DNA of 64,000 bases from a virus. Lineage: Duplodnaviria; Caudoviricetes. Below, piece by piece: positions 1 through 9,164 of the stretch (position 1 is its first letter; each line of letters begins with the position of its first letter). The notes under the pieces were generated by a model, which was not told where the DNA came from, searched no databases, and saw only the letters and a program-made list of their open reading frames with translations. Position numbers and translations under genes: made by a program. The DNA lies in IMG/VR virus record IMGVR_UViG_3300048672_000970, positions 128,001 through 192,000 of that record; one strand, written 5' to 3'.

Positions 1-1248
1 CGGCCCATTATTTCCGGGGATGGTGCAACTACTCGTCCTCAACTGCTGACTCTGTACGGTAACTCAGCATATACCCAAGACATTTTTCAAACTCGTGGTA
101 TCGTGACCATTAAGCAAAACCATTCAGCGCCTGATTATTGGACAGCTTATCCGCAATACATTCAAATCGACGGCCTGAATATCACTAAGTCACATCCGCA
201 ATATTCATTTACGGATGCAGGCGGTGTTAAAAAGGCTTACATTGATTTTGGGGCGGCTATTTGGGTAGAACGTGGTAAATTCATCACCATCACTGATAAC
301 GAAATTTCAGATGCTCAACAAGGCATTTACACGAAGGCTACTGACGATGGTACTTTTGCGGTAACGTCCGATATCACCATCTCAAATAATTATTTCTGGG
401 GTCATGGTATTGTTAATGACGTTCACATGCATGCAACTTATACCGAAAGTCAACGGATTCTGCTAGAAGGTAATCATTACGGTATGATGCGTACTGGTGC
501 ACTTGGCAATTCCATCAAAGACCGTTCAGCCGGCCTGACCGTCCGTTACAATTTCATTGAAGATGGCGCACATGCTATTGACCTTGTGGAAGCGGAAGAT
601 TTCCCGAATACGGCTCGTGCTGATGCCAGCTATCGTTCCACTTACGTGTATGGCAACATTATCACGAAGCGCGGCTCTACTGGTTCGACCATCCATTATG
701 GCGGCGACCATTATGGTTCAACGCCGGGTGCTGCTTGGGGTGAAGACCTGTTCCGAAAGGGCAATCTTTATTTCTACAATAACACCGTTTCAATGTATGG
801 CACTAGTGATGCATGGATTTTCCAAACAGCCACTACTGATGAACATGTTAATGCATGGAATAACGTCATTTACTTCGCGCCAACACTCGTGAACAAGAAT
901 CTGCGCATGGATACTGGTGGCATTGGCACTTCATGGACTTCTGGTGGTATCAACGACCTTTACACCAATTTCATTTCTACTGGTTGGCAAGATTCTGACC
1001 AATATCATGCGGTGAATGGTACGCTCAATATGATTGGCCCGATTGTCACTTCGACCACGATGCCTTTCAATCCGACCACTTATTCGCCAACTGTCGGTTC
1101 ACCAATTGTCAATGTCGGGTCTAGCACGCCGCGTCAGGTTCCGGCACAGGTTCCACCTGTTGACAAGCAGTATGACGTAACGACTGGTAAGGTCATCCCT
1201 CGCCCGGTTAACGGCGGTTCTATCGACCTTGGCGCGGTAGAGCAATAA
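1..1248 (+). CDS. 5'-truncated right-handed parallel beta-helix (pectin-lyase-like) protein, putative polysaccharide lyase/depolymerase
   Basis: Frame is open from base 1 (RPIISGDGATT...). Repeated I(S)NNYF / LEGNHY / VRYNFI / VYGNII / FYNNTV / AWNNVI coils; C-terminal IDLGAVE resembles a choice-of-anchor-Q end. Confidence 0.7.
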   Translation, partial: RPIISGDGATTRPQLLTLYGNSAYTQDIFQTRGIVTIKQNHSAPDYWTAYPQYIQIDGLNITKSHPQYSFTDAGGVKKAYIDFGAAIWVERGKFITITDNEISDAQQGIYTKATDDGTFAVTSDITISNNYFWGHGIVNDVHMHATYTESQRILLEGNHYGMMRTGALGNSIKDRSAGLTVRYNFIEDGAHAIDLVEAEDFPNTARADASYRSTYVYGNIITKRGSTGSTIHYGGDHYGSTPGAAWGEDLFRKGNLYFYNNTVSMYGTSDAWIFQTATTDEHVNAWNNVIYFAPTLVNKNLRMDTGGIGTSWTSGGINDLYTNFISTGWQDSDQYHAVNGTLNMIGPIVTSTTMPFNPTTYSPTVGSPIVNVGSSTPRQVPAQVPPVDKQYDVTTGKVIPRPVNGGSIDLGAVEQ

Positions 1249-1279
1249 AAAAGGGGCCAAGTGCCCCTTTTTCTTTTTT
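1248..1279 (+). terminator. intrinsic terminator
   Basis: GGGGC-caagt-GCCCC stem with A-run before and T-run after. Confidence 0.85.
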
Positions 1280-1281
1280 GA

Positions 1282-1290
1282 TGGTAGACT
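1282..1290 (+). promoter_or_regulatory. extended -10 sigma70-type promoter (TGGTAGACT)
   Basis: TGn + TAGACT upstream of a strong SD (GAAAGGAG) and ATG 1326. Confidence 0.5.
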
Positions 1291-1325
1291 AACTACCGGG
1301 TTGTTCTAGTTGAAAGGAGAAATCT

Positions 1326-1547
1326 ATGTTTACTGGTCTGATTAACGAAGTTCCATACATTACTGATGAATCAAAACGCAAGGTTGAAATCGAACTATTT
1401 CACGCCGTCCATCCAGTATCGTATGGATTGGCCGAAATAATTTCGCCCGTCATGGAAGAAAATCATCCGTATAACTGGACGCAAGAACATCATTCTGGTG
1501 TGCCATGTATCGTAAAAATCGTGGAGGTATCTGAATATGACATTTGA
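1326..1547 (+). CDS. hypothetical protein
   Basis: 73-aa ORF with a strong SD. Confidence 0.75.
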   Translation: MFTGLINEVPYITDESKRKVEIELFHAVHPVSYGLAEIISPVMEENHPYNWTQEHHSGVPCIVKIVEVSEYDI

Positions 1548-1833
1548 ACCAATTGTTTCTTTTGAAGTAGATGATTCACTCAATGTAGTCGTCACTTGTC
1601 CGTCTACTGGTTCTGATTCCGTTCATCCATTTTCGGTCACAGACATTTTCAAACAGGAAATTAACGCACGGTTGATTCCTTGCCTTGACGGTCAGTTTAA
1701 GCTGTATGAAGAAGATAAACAAGAACTGCTCGAATTGCTGAATCAGCTTGAAGGTCAGATTTTAGATATGAAAACTCTTTTACATGAATACCAATTCACC
1801 ATCTCAAAAACAACGCCACTCAATCCCGGATAA
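1537..1833 (+). CDS. hypothetical protein
   Basis: 98-aa ORF, GGAGG SD, overlaps the previous stop. Confidence 0.75.
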   Translation: MTFEPIVSFEVDDSLNVVVTCPSTGSDSVHPFSVTDIFKQEINARLIPCLDGQFKLYEEDKQELLELLNQLEGQILDMKTLLHEYQFTISKTTPLNPG

Positions 1834-1836
1834 ATA
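1830..1836 (+). promoter_or_regulatory. late promoter (ATAAATA)
   Basis: Matches the NTAAATA motif seen before structural genes; 22 nt before ATG 1859. Confidence 0.5.
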
Positions 1837-1858
1837 ACTAGACGTTCTTTTGATATCA

Positions 1859-2005
1859 ATGAAACTTCTGGTACAATTGATTTTAGCAATGATGCTAATT
1901 TCTTGTGGGGGTGGCGACACTGAGTTACCACCTCCTGAACAACAAACGGATGTGTCATGGGAGCCATTACCATTAGACATGTCGAAATATGATTCCACCC
2001 TTTAA
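1859..2005 (+). CDS. small lipoprotein (48 aa), absent from the ORF track
   Basis: MKLLVQLILAMMLISCGGGDTELPPPEQQ...: basic N-terminus, hydrophobic core, lipobox-like LISC, Pro-rich tail. Confidence 0.7.
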   Translation: MKLLVQLILAMMLISCGGGDTELPPPEQQTDVSWEPLPLDMSKYDSTL

Positions 2006-2020
2006 CCTATAGGATTTTTA

Positions 2021-2620
2021 ATGAAGAAACTTCTCGCATCACTTTTCATGACCCTGGCCGCATTTTCAGTCAGCGCGCAAACCACTGAATTTGTCACGAA
2101 TGGTGATATTGAAACTTTTACCACCGTTACTGGCGGTTCACCCATTTCAACTAAGACCGTGCCGGTTGGTTGGACTAGCATGAATTATCCGTTCCGCGCT
2201 CAATGTGTTGGCGTGTATGGCGACAGTGCAACTCCGACCAATCACTATCTGGCACTGGTCGATCAAATGCCCCCTAACTCCGTTGCCGGCCGGGCTAATT
2301 GCCCCGTAGTGAAGGCGTGGACTCATCCAGCTATCACCCTACCTGCTGGCACTTACACGCTCTCATACGACGTTGTAGGCTTCCGTAACACCAATTCAAC
2401 TACTGGCACTGGTGTTGCCGTTGAACTGAGTGGCGCGACTAACATCCAACTGCTCGTTCCTTGGAATAAGCTGGCTAACTGCACTTACTCAGTGAAATTC
2501 AACATGGCACAGGCTGGTTCTGTTAACCTGCGTGCACTGCTGGTTAACGGTTCGTCCAATCCGAGTTCCGCCGCGAACTATGTCTATCTGGACAATATCA
2601 GTATTAAGCCGGCTCTGTAA
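2021..2620 (+). CDS. exported protein with a putative carbohydrate-binding (jelly-roll) domain
   Basis: Signal peptide MKKLLASLFMTLAAFSVSA/Q; NGDIE...VYLDNISI pattern of CBM4/9-like modules. Confidence 0.6.
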   Translation: MKKLLASLFMTLAAFSVSAQTTEFVTNGDIETFTTVTGGSPISTKTVPVGWTSMNYPFRAQCVGVYGDSATPTNHYLALVDQMPPNSVAGRANCPVVKAWTHPAITLPAGTYTLSYDVVGFRNTNSTTGTGVAVELSGATNIQLLVPWNKLANCTYSVKFNMAQAGSVNLRALLVNGSSNPSSAANYVYLDNISIKPAL

Positions 2621-2635
2621 TACGAGTCACAAATG

Positions 2636-2666
2636 AAAAAGGAGCCAAAAGGCTCCTTTTCTTTTT
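2636..2666. terminator. bidirectional intrinsic terminator
   Basis: AAAAAGGAGCC-aaaa-GGCTCCTTTT between convergent genes. Confidence 0.85.
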
Positions 2667-3273
2667 AGCTGACCGAAATAGTCAAACTGTACACGATGGT
2701 AAATTCTCGATTGCCCGTATGTTCAATTGGAGAAAATACGTAATGGGTTAGAAGCATTTCATCGGTTTGATTCAGTAAATCAACTCCAGAGCCTTGCGTA
2801 AACAATCCTAGTTCATCGAAGAAAAAGGAAGATTGCGGATTGGTTGTGCCACCAGCGGGAATGGTGTCAGTAGATGCATTGATAGCTTCAGTCGCGTCAA
2901 CCACGCAAGTAATGACCACTCGGGTGTTATTCGTGTTAGGAATATTGGTATAAGTCACTGAGTTGCCAATACCAACTGAAGAAGAACTGTCATCAACTAC
3001 TTCTGCATAGGTTGGATTATAAAGGTCTGCATCCAATGCACTGACATTAGGCGCCCGGAAAACAATTTGCTGAGTGGCATCAATGTACGTACCTTGATTG
3101 CCAAGTTTCAGTTTGAATACTTGCCCGTTAGCTGCATTACTCAGACCACGTGCGAGTGCCGTTGCCATATTTCGCGGATGGACAGCATTCTTGCCTTCAG
3201 AGATTAATGCACCAGTTTGGTTATCATAAATCTTGATATTGGTTTGATAAGAAACGTTGAAAGTTTGTTCCAT
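2665..3273 (-). CDS. putative virion structural protein
   Basis: Lies in the tail gene block behind a late promoter; KNAVHPRNM...FFFDELGLF...LLTHYVFSP pattern recalled from large T4-like phages. Confidence 0.55.
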   Translation of the reverse strand: MEQTFNVSYQTNIKIYDNQTGALISEGKNAVHPRNMATALARGLSNAANGQVFKLKLGNQGTYIDATQQIVFRAPNVSALDADLYNPTYAEVVDDSSSSVGIGNSVTYTNIPNTNNTRVVITCVVDATEAINASTDTIPAGGTTNPQSSFFFDELGLFTQGSGVDLLNQTDEMLLTHYVFSPIEHTGNREFTIVYSLTISVS

Positions 3274-3288
3274 AGGATTCTTTTTTGT

Positions 3289-3759
3289 TTATTTACGCTT
3301 AGGGGTTCGGGCTTTAGTCTTTTTAGGAGCGCCCTGAAAGAAGATTGATTTCTCAGTAAGCACTTGAAACTGTAATCCGTTCGCGTTACAAAATTTTTCT
3401 GCTGCTTGCCATTTAGCTTGATTGACGACATACGTTTTAACAGCTAGTTCAGTTTGTTTCCTGGGCGGTAAAGTTTCGTGATGAGGTTTGATTTCAATTA
3501 ACATCTTTTGAATAGCGCCTGCACGGTCTTTATAGACGACCAACAAATCGGGAAAGTATTGGTGAACTTGTCCATCAACGGGAGACATGTACGGAATGGA
3601 AAATAACTCACTGCCCCATTTTAGAATAGATGGTTCATTGTCGAAAGCTGAGAATACTCTCAACTCGTATGAACTACGAAAGATGATTCTGTTAACGTTC
3701 CCTAGATACTTTTCAGGATTTTTCGGTTTGAAAAATCCTTGCACAAATCCTTTTGCCAT
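3289..3759 (-). CDS. head completion nuclease, T4 gp4-like (TnsA-type PD-(D/E)XK fold)
   Basis: QGFFKPKNPEKYLGN...RSSYE...WGSE...YFPD...IEIKP...NQAKWQAA. Confidence 0.85.
   Translation of the reverse strand: MAKGFVQGFFKPKNPEKYLGNVNRIIFRSSYELRVFSAFDNEPSILKWGSELFSIPYMSPVDGQVHQYFPDLLVVYKDRAGAIQKMLIEIKPHHETLPPRKQTELAVKTYVVNQAKWQAAEKFCNANGLQFQVLTEKSIFFQGAPKKTKARTPKRK
3290..3296 (-). promoter_or_regulatory. late promoter (GTAAATA)
   Basis: NTAAATA 16 nt before ATG 3273. Confidence 0.55.
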
Positions 3760-4965
3760 TTATTTCCCCAATGCTCGAAGTGCATTCATTCCGGCTGTTG
3801 TCGCCATATCAACGGCTTGTCCGGCCAAATTAGAACCGACGTTTCCTAGCGATTTTGAAACAAGCCCGGCCACTTGCTGTCCACCTGGGATACTTTTCAA
3901 AACTTTGTTCAGTTGGTCAGATGTCACTTTTTGAACTACTCGACTGGCTGCACCAGTTATCAAATTAGTTAATGGAGATGAAGTAGAACCAAATGAACTG
4001 GAAGGCACTGAAATATCACCTGGGGCACCAGTTCCTGCACGGATGTTAGAAAAATTCCGCTCAGGAGTATTCATTTGGGTAATAGGCTCTAATCGCAAGA
4101 AATCATAATCGAACGACATATTAACTTCGGCCGGAGCAGATTCATCATGCCCTAATGAATTCATTCCGATGGAAGTAATTTTTGGATTGATGAAAGTAAA
4201 CGAGTTCATGCTAACGGCTTTTGAAAGATCCCCTGCTACCGGATTGACCATGAACTGATTGATTCTGATAAAATCAATCAGGCCACCCGTATCAGTATTT
4301 GTGAAACTTGAAGTTGATAGCGGGCCGATGCCAGCAGTAACCCCTTCGCCAAAAGTCATGCCGTTAGCTCGCTGATACGCTTTGCGCACTTCAGCGAAAC
4401 TTAAAAGGTCGTTAACACCTGTGCCAGACTTTGCCCGCATCACCGGAATATGTGTTAGTAACATCGCTCTGAGAAACATCATCACCTTTTGCCCAACATC
4501 ATCATGGAATTTGAGATTGACGGGCTGGTGAGTTATCTTCTTCAAAATTTTGGTGCGGAAGTTATACATGTTTACCTCTTGATATTCAAAATCAAATTGT
4601 GGCCTGTCGATACTTTGTACCATGAACATAAATTCGTTATTTGGGCTTTTGCTTTTAACGGATCTGAACGGGTCAAATTGTAAAGCACCGGAAGCTTTCG
4701 GGTCTTTCAGAACGATTTCAACTGAAAACAGAAACTTGAGTGCCGGCCGGTATTCAGTGTTATACGCCATCGCATAACTCGACGCATAGAAGTTCTGGTC
4801 GTTACTGATATCAGTAGTCGCAGATGAAATACCGCCTCCTGGCAATAGAGTTTCACCCCCACCTAAAAAGTCCCCTACGGCCGCGCCAAAAGCTTTAGCC
4901 GCTTGTTTTTCCAAATTAACGCCAGCGCCCCCTAAAACACCGGAAATTTCACTTTTGTATCCCAT
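3760..4965 (-). CDS. tail-tube-fold baseplate/tube-junction protein (gp48/gp54-like)
   Basis: VQSIDRPQFDFEYQEVNMYN...VNLKFHDD tube-fold motif; adjacent to the tail tube gene. Confidence 0.55.
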   Translation of the reverse strand: MGYKSEISGVLGGAGVNLEKQAAKAFGAAVGDFLGGGETLLPGGGISSATTDISNDQNFYASSYAMAYNTEYRPALKFLFSVEIVLKDPKASGALQFDPFRSVKSKSPNNEFMFMVQSIDRPQFDFEYQEVNMYNFRTKILKKITHQPVNLKFHDDVGQKVMMFLRAMLLTHIPVMRAKSGTGVNDLLSFAEVRKAYQRANGMTFGEGVTAGIGPLSTSSFTNTDTGGLIDFIRINQFMVNPVAGDLSKAVSMNSFTFINPKITSIGMNSLGHDESAPAEVNMSFDYDFLRLEPITQMNTPERNFSNIRAGTGAPGDISVPSSSFGSTSSPLTNLITGAASRVVQKVTSDQLNKVLKSIPGGQQVAGLVSKSLGNVGSNLAGQAVDMATTAGMNALRALGK

Positions 4966-4986
4966 TCGATACTTTCATTAAAACAG

Positions 4987-4993
4987 TATTTAC
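4987..4993 (-). promoter_or_regulatory. late promoter (GTAAATA)
   Basis: NTAAATA about 21 nt before ATG 4965. Confidence 0.6.
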
Positions 4994-5002
4994 TTCCCAA
5001 AG

Positions 5003-5027
5003 AAAAAGCCACCCGAAGGTGGCTTTC
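5003..5027 (-). terminator. intrinsic terminator of the tail tube gene
   Basis: On the minus strand AAAGCCACC-TTCG-GGTGGCTTTTT. Confidence 0.85.
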
Positions 5028-5045
5028 ATTTAGACTGAATCTAAA

Positions 5046-5642
5046 TTAGAGAGAGACACCACCACCCAACGACCCACCATACGAATCGGCGGATGCGATG
5101 GAATACGCATGGTCAATCGAAATCGTCAGATCCATGTTGATTGCGTCAGCAGAAGCGTACTCAAGGGTGTTGAACCGCGCGTTTTTAATCCAGCAGCCTT
5201 CATAAGCCCACGTTTCAAGAACGTTCTCGTCACCATCAAGCATTTCAACCTTCATGCCGAATTTATAATCTGAACCAGTGGCGGCAGTAGCCATCCAGCG
5301 GCCGTCAAGATTAACACCCACCAGACGCTGTTGAGTATCAAGCTGATTCTTAATCACAGTGGAAGCAAGACTACCAATGTCGTCTTCAACAATCATGTTG
5401 ACATCAGAGAAATCATGGTCGGTCATGATTTTCGCCACTGAGTTATACCGACGCTGCGTGAACGAATTGTAAGTTAAATCAGGGCGGTCAACTTGAATCG
5501 CATTCATCGACACATCCCGACTATTTGAGCCAGGAACTAGACGGCCAAGACCGATGAAAAGCACTCTATATTTATTCTTGTGCTTCGGATGCATGATGCC
5601 TGAGCCAACGCCAGGGATACCAATATTAGAAATGTTTGCCAT
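5046..5642 (-). CDS. tail tube protein (T4 gp19-like)
   Basis: KYRVLF...VDRPDL...VEDD...KVEMLDG...ETWAYEGCWI...LEYASADAINMDLTISID. Confidence 0.8.
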   Translation of the reverse strand: MANISNIGIPGVGSGIMHPKHKNKYRVLFIGLGRLVPGSNSRDVSMNAIQVDRPDLTYNSFTQRRYNSVAKIMTDHDFSDVNMIVEDDIGSLASTVIKNQLDTQQRLVGVNLDGRWMATAATGSDYKFGMKVEMLDGDENVLETWAYEGCWIKNARFNTLEYASADAINMDLTISIDHAYSIASADSYGGSLGGGVSL

Positions 5643-5665
5643 ATCCTACATTACCTATTTCTCAT

Positions 5666-5672
5666 TATTTAG
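5666..5672 (-). promoter_or_regulatory. late promoter (CTAAATA)
   Basis: NTAAATA 23 nt before the tail tube ATG. Confidence 0.6.
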
Positions 5673-5710
5673 AGAAGTGATGCGGGAATTTTCTTTTCTG
5701 TTTCACCAAG

Positions 5711-5717
5711 CTAAATA
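5711..5717 (+). promoter_or_regulatory. late promoter (CTAAATA), divergent partner
   Basis: NTAAATA upstream of ORF 5801. Confidence 0.5.
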
Positions 5718-5800
5718 ATCATGAGTTAACAACTCTGCAGGTTATTTTATAAAACGTTCACCGTTCCCCTGCTGCCACTTTTTATAGAAGGAGAAATAAA

Positions 5801-6244
5801 ATGGCTATTGAAACTATTGAAAAGCGTCCCGTTCCCGGCCTGAAGCACGTTTACCTGATTGATTGGTATGACACTGGCATCTTCAAGGAATTTGCTATCG
5901 TGAAGGAAGATGAAGATGGTACGCTGCGCGGCATTGACATTGACCAGATGCATCAGATTGATAAAGTCCGTCTGAAGAAGGTTATCACCAGCGTGCACGC
6001 GGACAAGTATCCGCTGTGGCAACTGATGGATCAAGTACGTCTACCGAACGGCATGAACATGCTTGACTTTTTCCACATCAACCACGTCAAGGTCAAGCGG
6101 CCGAAGGGCGCAGTTGTCTCCGGTTCCCTGTCAGGTATTTCTACCTCACTGGCAGATCCGCTGCTCGGCGCGAACTTTACGGACATTTCACACGCTTCGG
6201 CGCAAAATGCGAACGAAACGCCATCGAAGGGTGGACTGTGGTAA
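5801..6244 (+). CDS. conserved hypothetical phage protein
   Basis: 147-aa ORF with SD GAAGGAG. Confidence 0.75.
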   Translation: MAIETIEKRPVPGLKHVYLIDWYDTGIFKEFAIVKEDEDGTLRGIDIDQMHQIDKVRLKKVITSVHADKYPLWQLMDQVRLPNGMNMLDFFHINHVKVKRPKGAVVSGSLSGISTSLADPLLGANFTDISHASAQNANETPSKGGLW

Positions 6245-6261
6245 TGCCCACGTGATATAAT
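6232..6261 (+). promoter_or_regulatory. sigma70 promoter (TGGACT-N18-TATAAT with TG extension)
   Basis: Near-consensus hexamers upstream of the SLT-primase-helicase run. Confidence 0.55.
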
Positions 6262-6277
6262 CACACCCCCGCAACGG

Positions 6278-6307
6278 AAAAATCGGCCTCGTGCCGATTT
6301 TTCATTT
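6278..6307 (+). terminator. hairpin/intrinsic terminator
   Basis: AAAAATCGGC-ctcgt-GCCGATTTTT. Confidence 0.65.
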
Positions 6308-6322
6308 TTACAGGACTGAAAA

Positions 6323-6856
6323 ATGAAAAAGGCGATAATCTTTTGCGCAATTCTTTGCTGCGCTGAGTTAGCAATCCCGAAAACGTATGACCACGCACCC
6401 ACGTCATATGTTCAAAAACAGGCGGTGCTAAATTACGCGCATCAAGTGGCGAAACGAGATGGTCATCATCCTAACTTAGTTAAAGGAATCATCCTGCAAG
6501 AATCTGATGCGGGTCAAGACCCTAAGATGAATTCCCATCCTGCATATTTCGGCGTGGGTCAAATTAAAATCGTGGCCGCGAAAGATGTGTTAGAAACTTA
6601 CCCGTCTATTCAGCGGAAATATAACATCACTTCCAATTTGGTGTTGAAAGACAAACTGAAGCATGACGCTAAGTTTAACGTCGATGTCGTCTCCAAGTAC
6701 CTCGAAATTTTGCAAGACAGGTACAAGCTGCGCGGCATTCGCCTCGTTGAAGGCTATAATAAAGGGCCGAATGCTGTCAAGCACGTGCAGCAGTTCCCTT
6801 ATGCGAGGGCCATTCAACGAAAACTAGCCGAAAATGGAACAACTATACCTTGGTGA
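6323..6856 (+). CDS. lytic transglycosylase (SLT domain) with an N-terminal signal/anchor
   Basis: ILQES (catalytic Glu), GVGQI, GYNKG motifs; hydrophobic N-terminus. Confidence 0.75.
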   Translation: MKKAIIFCAILCCAELAIPKTYDHAPTSYVQKQAVLNYAHQVAKRDGHHPNLVKGIILQESDAGQDPKMNSHPAYFGVGQIKIVAAKDVLETYPSIQRKYNITSNLVLKDKLKHDAKFNVDVVSKYLEILQDRYKLRGIRLVEGYNKGPNAVKHVQQFPYARAIQRKLAENGTTIPW

Positions 6857-7805
6857 TTTAATAAGACAACGTATCCAAATGGGAAACCCGACTGCAAAGG
6901 GTTTCCATCCTGTCATTTGTCAAGTATGTAACGACCATTCCCCTCGGGCTGGATTCATCATTCAGCCGGAGTCGGTCGGGTATAACTGCTTCAACTGTAA
7001 GGCAGTATTCAAGTATCAGGAGTTATCTGGTCAACTGTCCAAATCGTGTAAATCCATCTTGCACGATTTTGGTTTCTCTTATCAAGAGCTTGATAATTTT
7101 TCTAACGCCCTTTGGTTTCACAATAAAGGGGAACGGTATGAAGAAATAACTACGCTCGAATCTTTGAAACAAGTTAAGTTGGATACGCCGGAAATTTCAT
7201 TGCCGAGCAAATGTATTCAACTATCAAGGCAGGATAAGTTAGCTAACCCATTTATCACCTATCTCGAAAACAGAAAAATCGATTGGCAGAAACTGCGATG
7301 TTTGTATTCACTGGACGAGAAATTTGCCAATCGAATCGTTATCCCGGTGTACAGGAATAACAAAGTGATTTATTGGCAAGCGAGAACGATTGGAGCTGAA
7401 AAGCCCAAGTATAAGATGGCCTATGCGTCGAGAGAAGCTGTCCTCTGGGGATATAACAATTTCTTCAACGATAACAAAGTGTTGTTTCTAACTGAAGGAA
7501 TTTTTAATGCCAGTCATGTAAATGGCGTGGCATTACTCAGTTCCACCATCAGTCCCGCCCAAAAAGAGATTTTGACGAAGGTGAAAAAAGACAAAGTGGT
7601 CATCGTGGACAGGGATGAAAATGGCGTATCATTAGCTTCTCAGGCGTTGGCTTACGGGTGGAAAGTGGCGTTACTGCCAAATGGGGCAAATGACGTTAAT
7701 CACTCAGTAACGAAATTTGGCATCGTTCACACCGTTCATTATTTGATGACTCATATCATGGCACCAAGTATGCAAACCGAAATGGAACTGAAATTTTATG
7801 TGTAA
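6834..7805 (+). CDS. DNA primase (T4 gp61-like)
   Basis: Zn ribbon CQVCNDH...CFNC; YWQARTI; TOPRIM LTEGIF and VDRDENG. Confidence 0.85.
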   Translation: MEQLYLGDLIRQRIQMGNPTAKGFHPVICQVCNDHSPRAGFIIQPESVGYNCFNCKAVFKYQELSGQLSKSCKSILHDFGFSYQELDNFSNALWFHNKGERYEEITTLESLKQVKLDTPEISLPSKCIQLSRQDKLANPFITYLENRKIDWQKLRCLYSLDEKFANRIVIPVYRNNKVIYWQARTIGAEKPKYKMAYASREAVLWGYNNFFNDNKVLFLTEGIFNASHVNGVALLSSTISPAQKEILTKVKKDKVVIVDRDENGVSLASQALAYGWKVALLPNGANDVNHSVTKFGIVHTVHYLMTHIMAPSMQTEMELKFYV

Positions 7806-7813
7806 GGAGAACT

Positions 7814-9148
7814 ATGGTAGAAGACCTACTATCAGAAGAAAACCAGCTAATGTACATTGAGGCCATTGCCTCCAATCCAACAATTTTCACGAAAGTTAAC
7901 CCTATTCTGAAAGCAGAGTATTTTGCGGCAGTACATCAACCTGTCGTCAATTTCCTGATGTCTTATTATGCAGAGTATCGCAAACTTCCCCATAACTCAT
8001 TTATCAAACTGTCCACTGGACAGCAGTTAACTCCGTTTGAGTATTCAAAAGAAGATAGTCAATTTCTAGTTGATACCATTGAAGAATTTTGCAAGTTCAC
8101 GGCTGTTAAACAGCATGTCCTCAATTCAGCTAAACTGATTCAAGAAGGTAAACTTGATTTACTGGTTCAGAATCTGACGAAGGCAGTATCTATCAAAGTT
8201 GATGCAGATGTCGGCATCGAGTATTTTGAAGGTGTTGCTGAACGACTTACTCATACTGAAGAATCATCTGTCACCATTCCTACTCTTTGGAAAGATGTTG
8301 ATTCACTGTGCGATGGTATTGGGCGAAAACAACTGATTCTATTCCTCGCCCCATCTGGCGGCGGCAAGTCGGTTGGCATGATTAACTTAGCGTTCAATCT
8401 TCTTAAACAAGGTTTGAACGGTATCTATGTTTCTCTGGAAATGGACGATTTGCTTGTTGCCAATCGTCTAGATTCCATCATCACCCGCATGAAGAAACAG
8501 AATCTGTTCGCCGACAAGCAATTGGTCGAAGATAAAGTTTTATCGTTCAAGAGTGAAGGTAGTGGTAAATTCTTCATCAAGCGGATGCGAGAAAATACGA
8601 CAACTGCCAATGATGTCCATGCGTATGCTCAACGAATTTCAGAATCCCGTGGTATCAAAATTGATTTCATTGTCGTGGATTACTTGGATATCATGTGTCC
8701 AAATTCTCGGCAAAACTCTGATAATCTGTTCATCAAAGAAAAACAAATTGCTGAAGAAGTTCGGGCAATTGGTTTCGACCTAGATTGCATCATGATTTCA
8801 GCGGCGCAGCTTGGTCGAGCTTCGCACGAAATTATTGCTGATAACAAATCATTGGGACAGCAGCACATTCAGGGCGGTATCAGTAAAATTAACACCAGTG
8901 ACTTAGCAATCGCGCTAGTCAAACGTGAAGAAGCTGGCGAATACCAGATAGAATTTCTCAAGTCTCGCAACTCAAGTGCAGTCGGCAAGAAGACGGTCTT
9001 AGCATGGCACAGTGACTGCCTGCTGATGACGGACATTGATGCGAAAGTACAAATTTTTACACAATCGGTGCTTGAGAAAAAGCTGACAACCTATGCTAAA
9101 ATTCCCGGCGCAAGTTCATCAACTTCAATCGATTCTTTGTTCAACTAA
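7814..9148 (+). CDS. replicative DNA helicase (DnaB/T4 gp41-like)
   Basis: Walker A APSGGGKS, SLEM, Walker B IVVDYLD, SAAQL, LKSRN. Confidence 0.92.
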   Translation: MVEDLLSEENQLMYIEAIASNPTIFTKVNPILKAEYFAAVHQPVVNFLMSYYAEYRKLPHNSFIKLSTGQQLTPFEYSKEDSQFLVDTIEEFCKFTAVKQHVLNSAKLIQEGKLDLLVQNLTKAVSIKVDADVGIEYFEGVAERLTHTEESSVTIPTLWKDVDSLCDGIGRKQLILFLAPSGGGKSVGMINLAFNLLKQGLNGIYVSLEMDDLLVANRLDSIITRMKKQNLFADKQLVEDKVLSFKSEGSGKFFIKRMRENTTTANDVHAYAQRISESRGIKIDFIVVDYLDIMCPNSRQNSDNLFIKEKQIAEEVRAIGFDLDCIMISAAQLGRASHEIIADNKSLGQQHIQGGISKINTSDLAIALVKREEAGEYQIEFLKSRNSSAVGKKTVLAWHSDCLLMTDIDAKVQIFTQSVLEKKLTTYAKIPGASSSTSIDSLFN

Positions 9149-9164
9149 CACCCGAAAGGCACAC

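Noticed and set aside
1859-2005. o-spanin assignment for the lipoprotein
   Set aside because: No adjacent i-spanin with an N-terminal transmembrane helix and coiled coil, and it lies far from the endolysin
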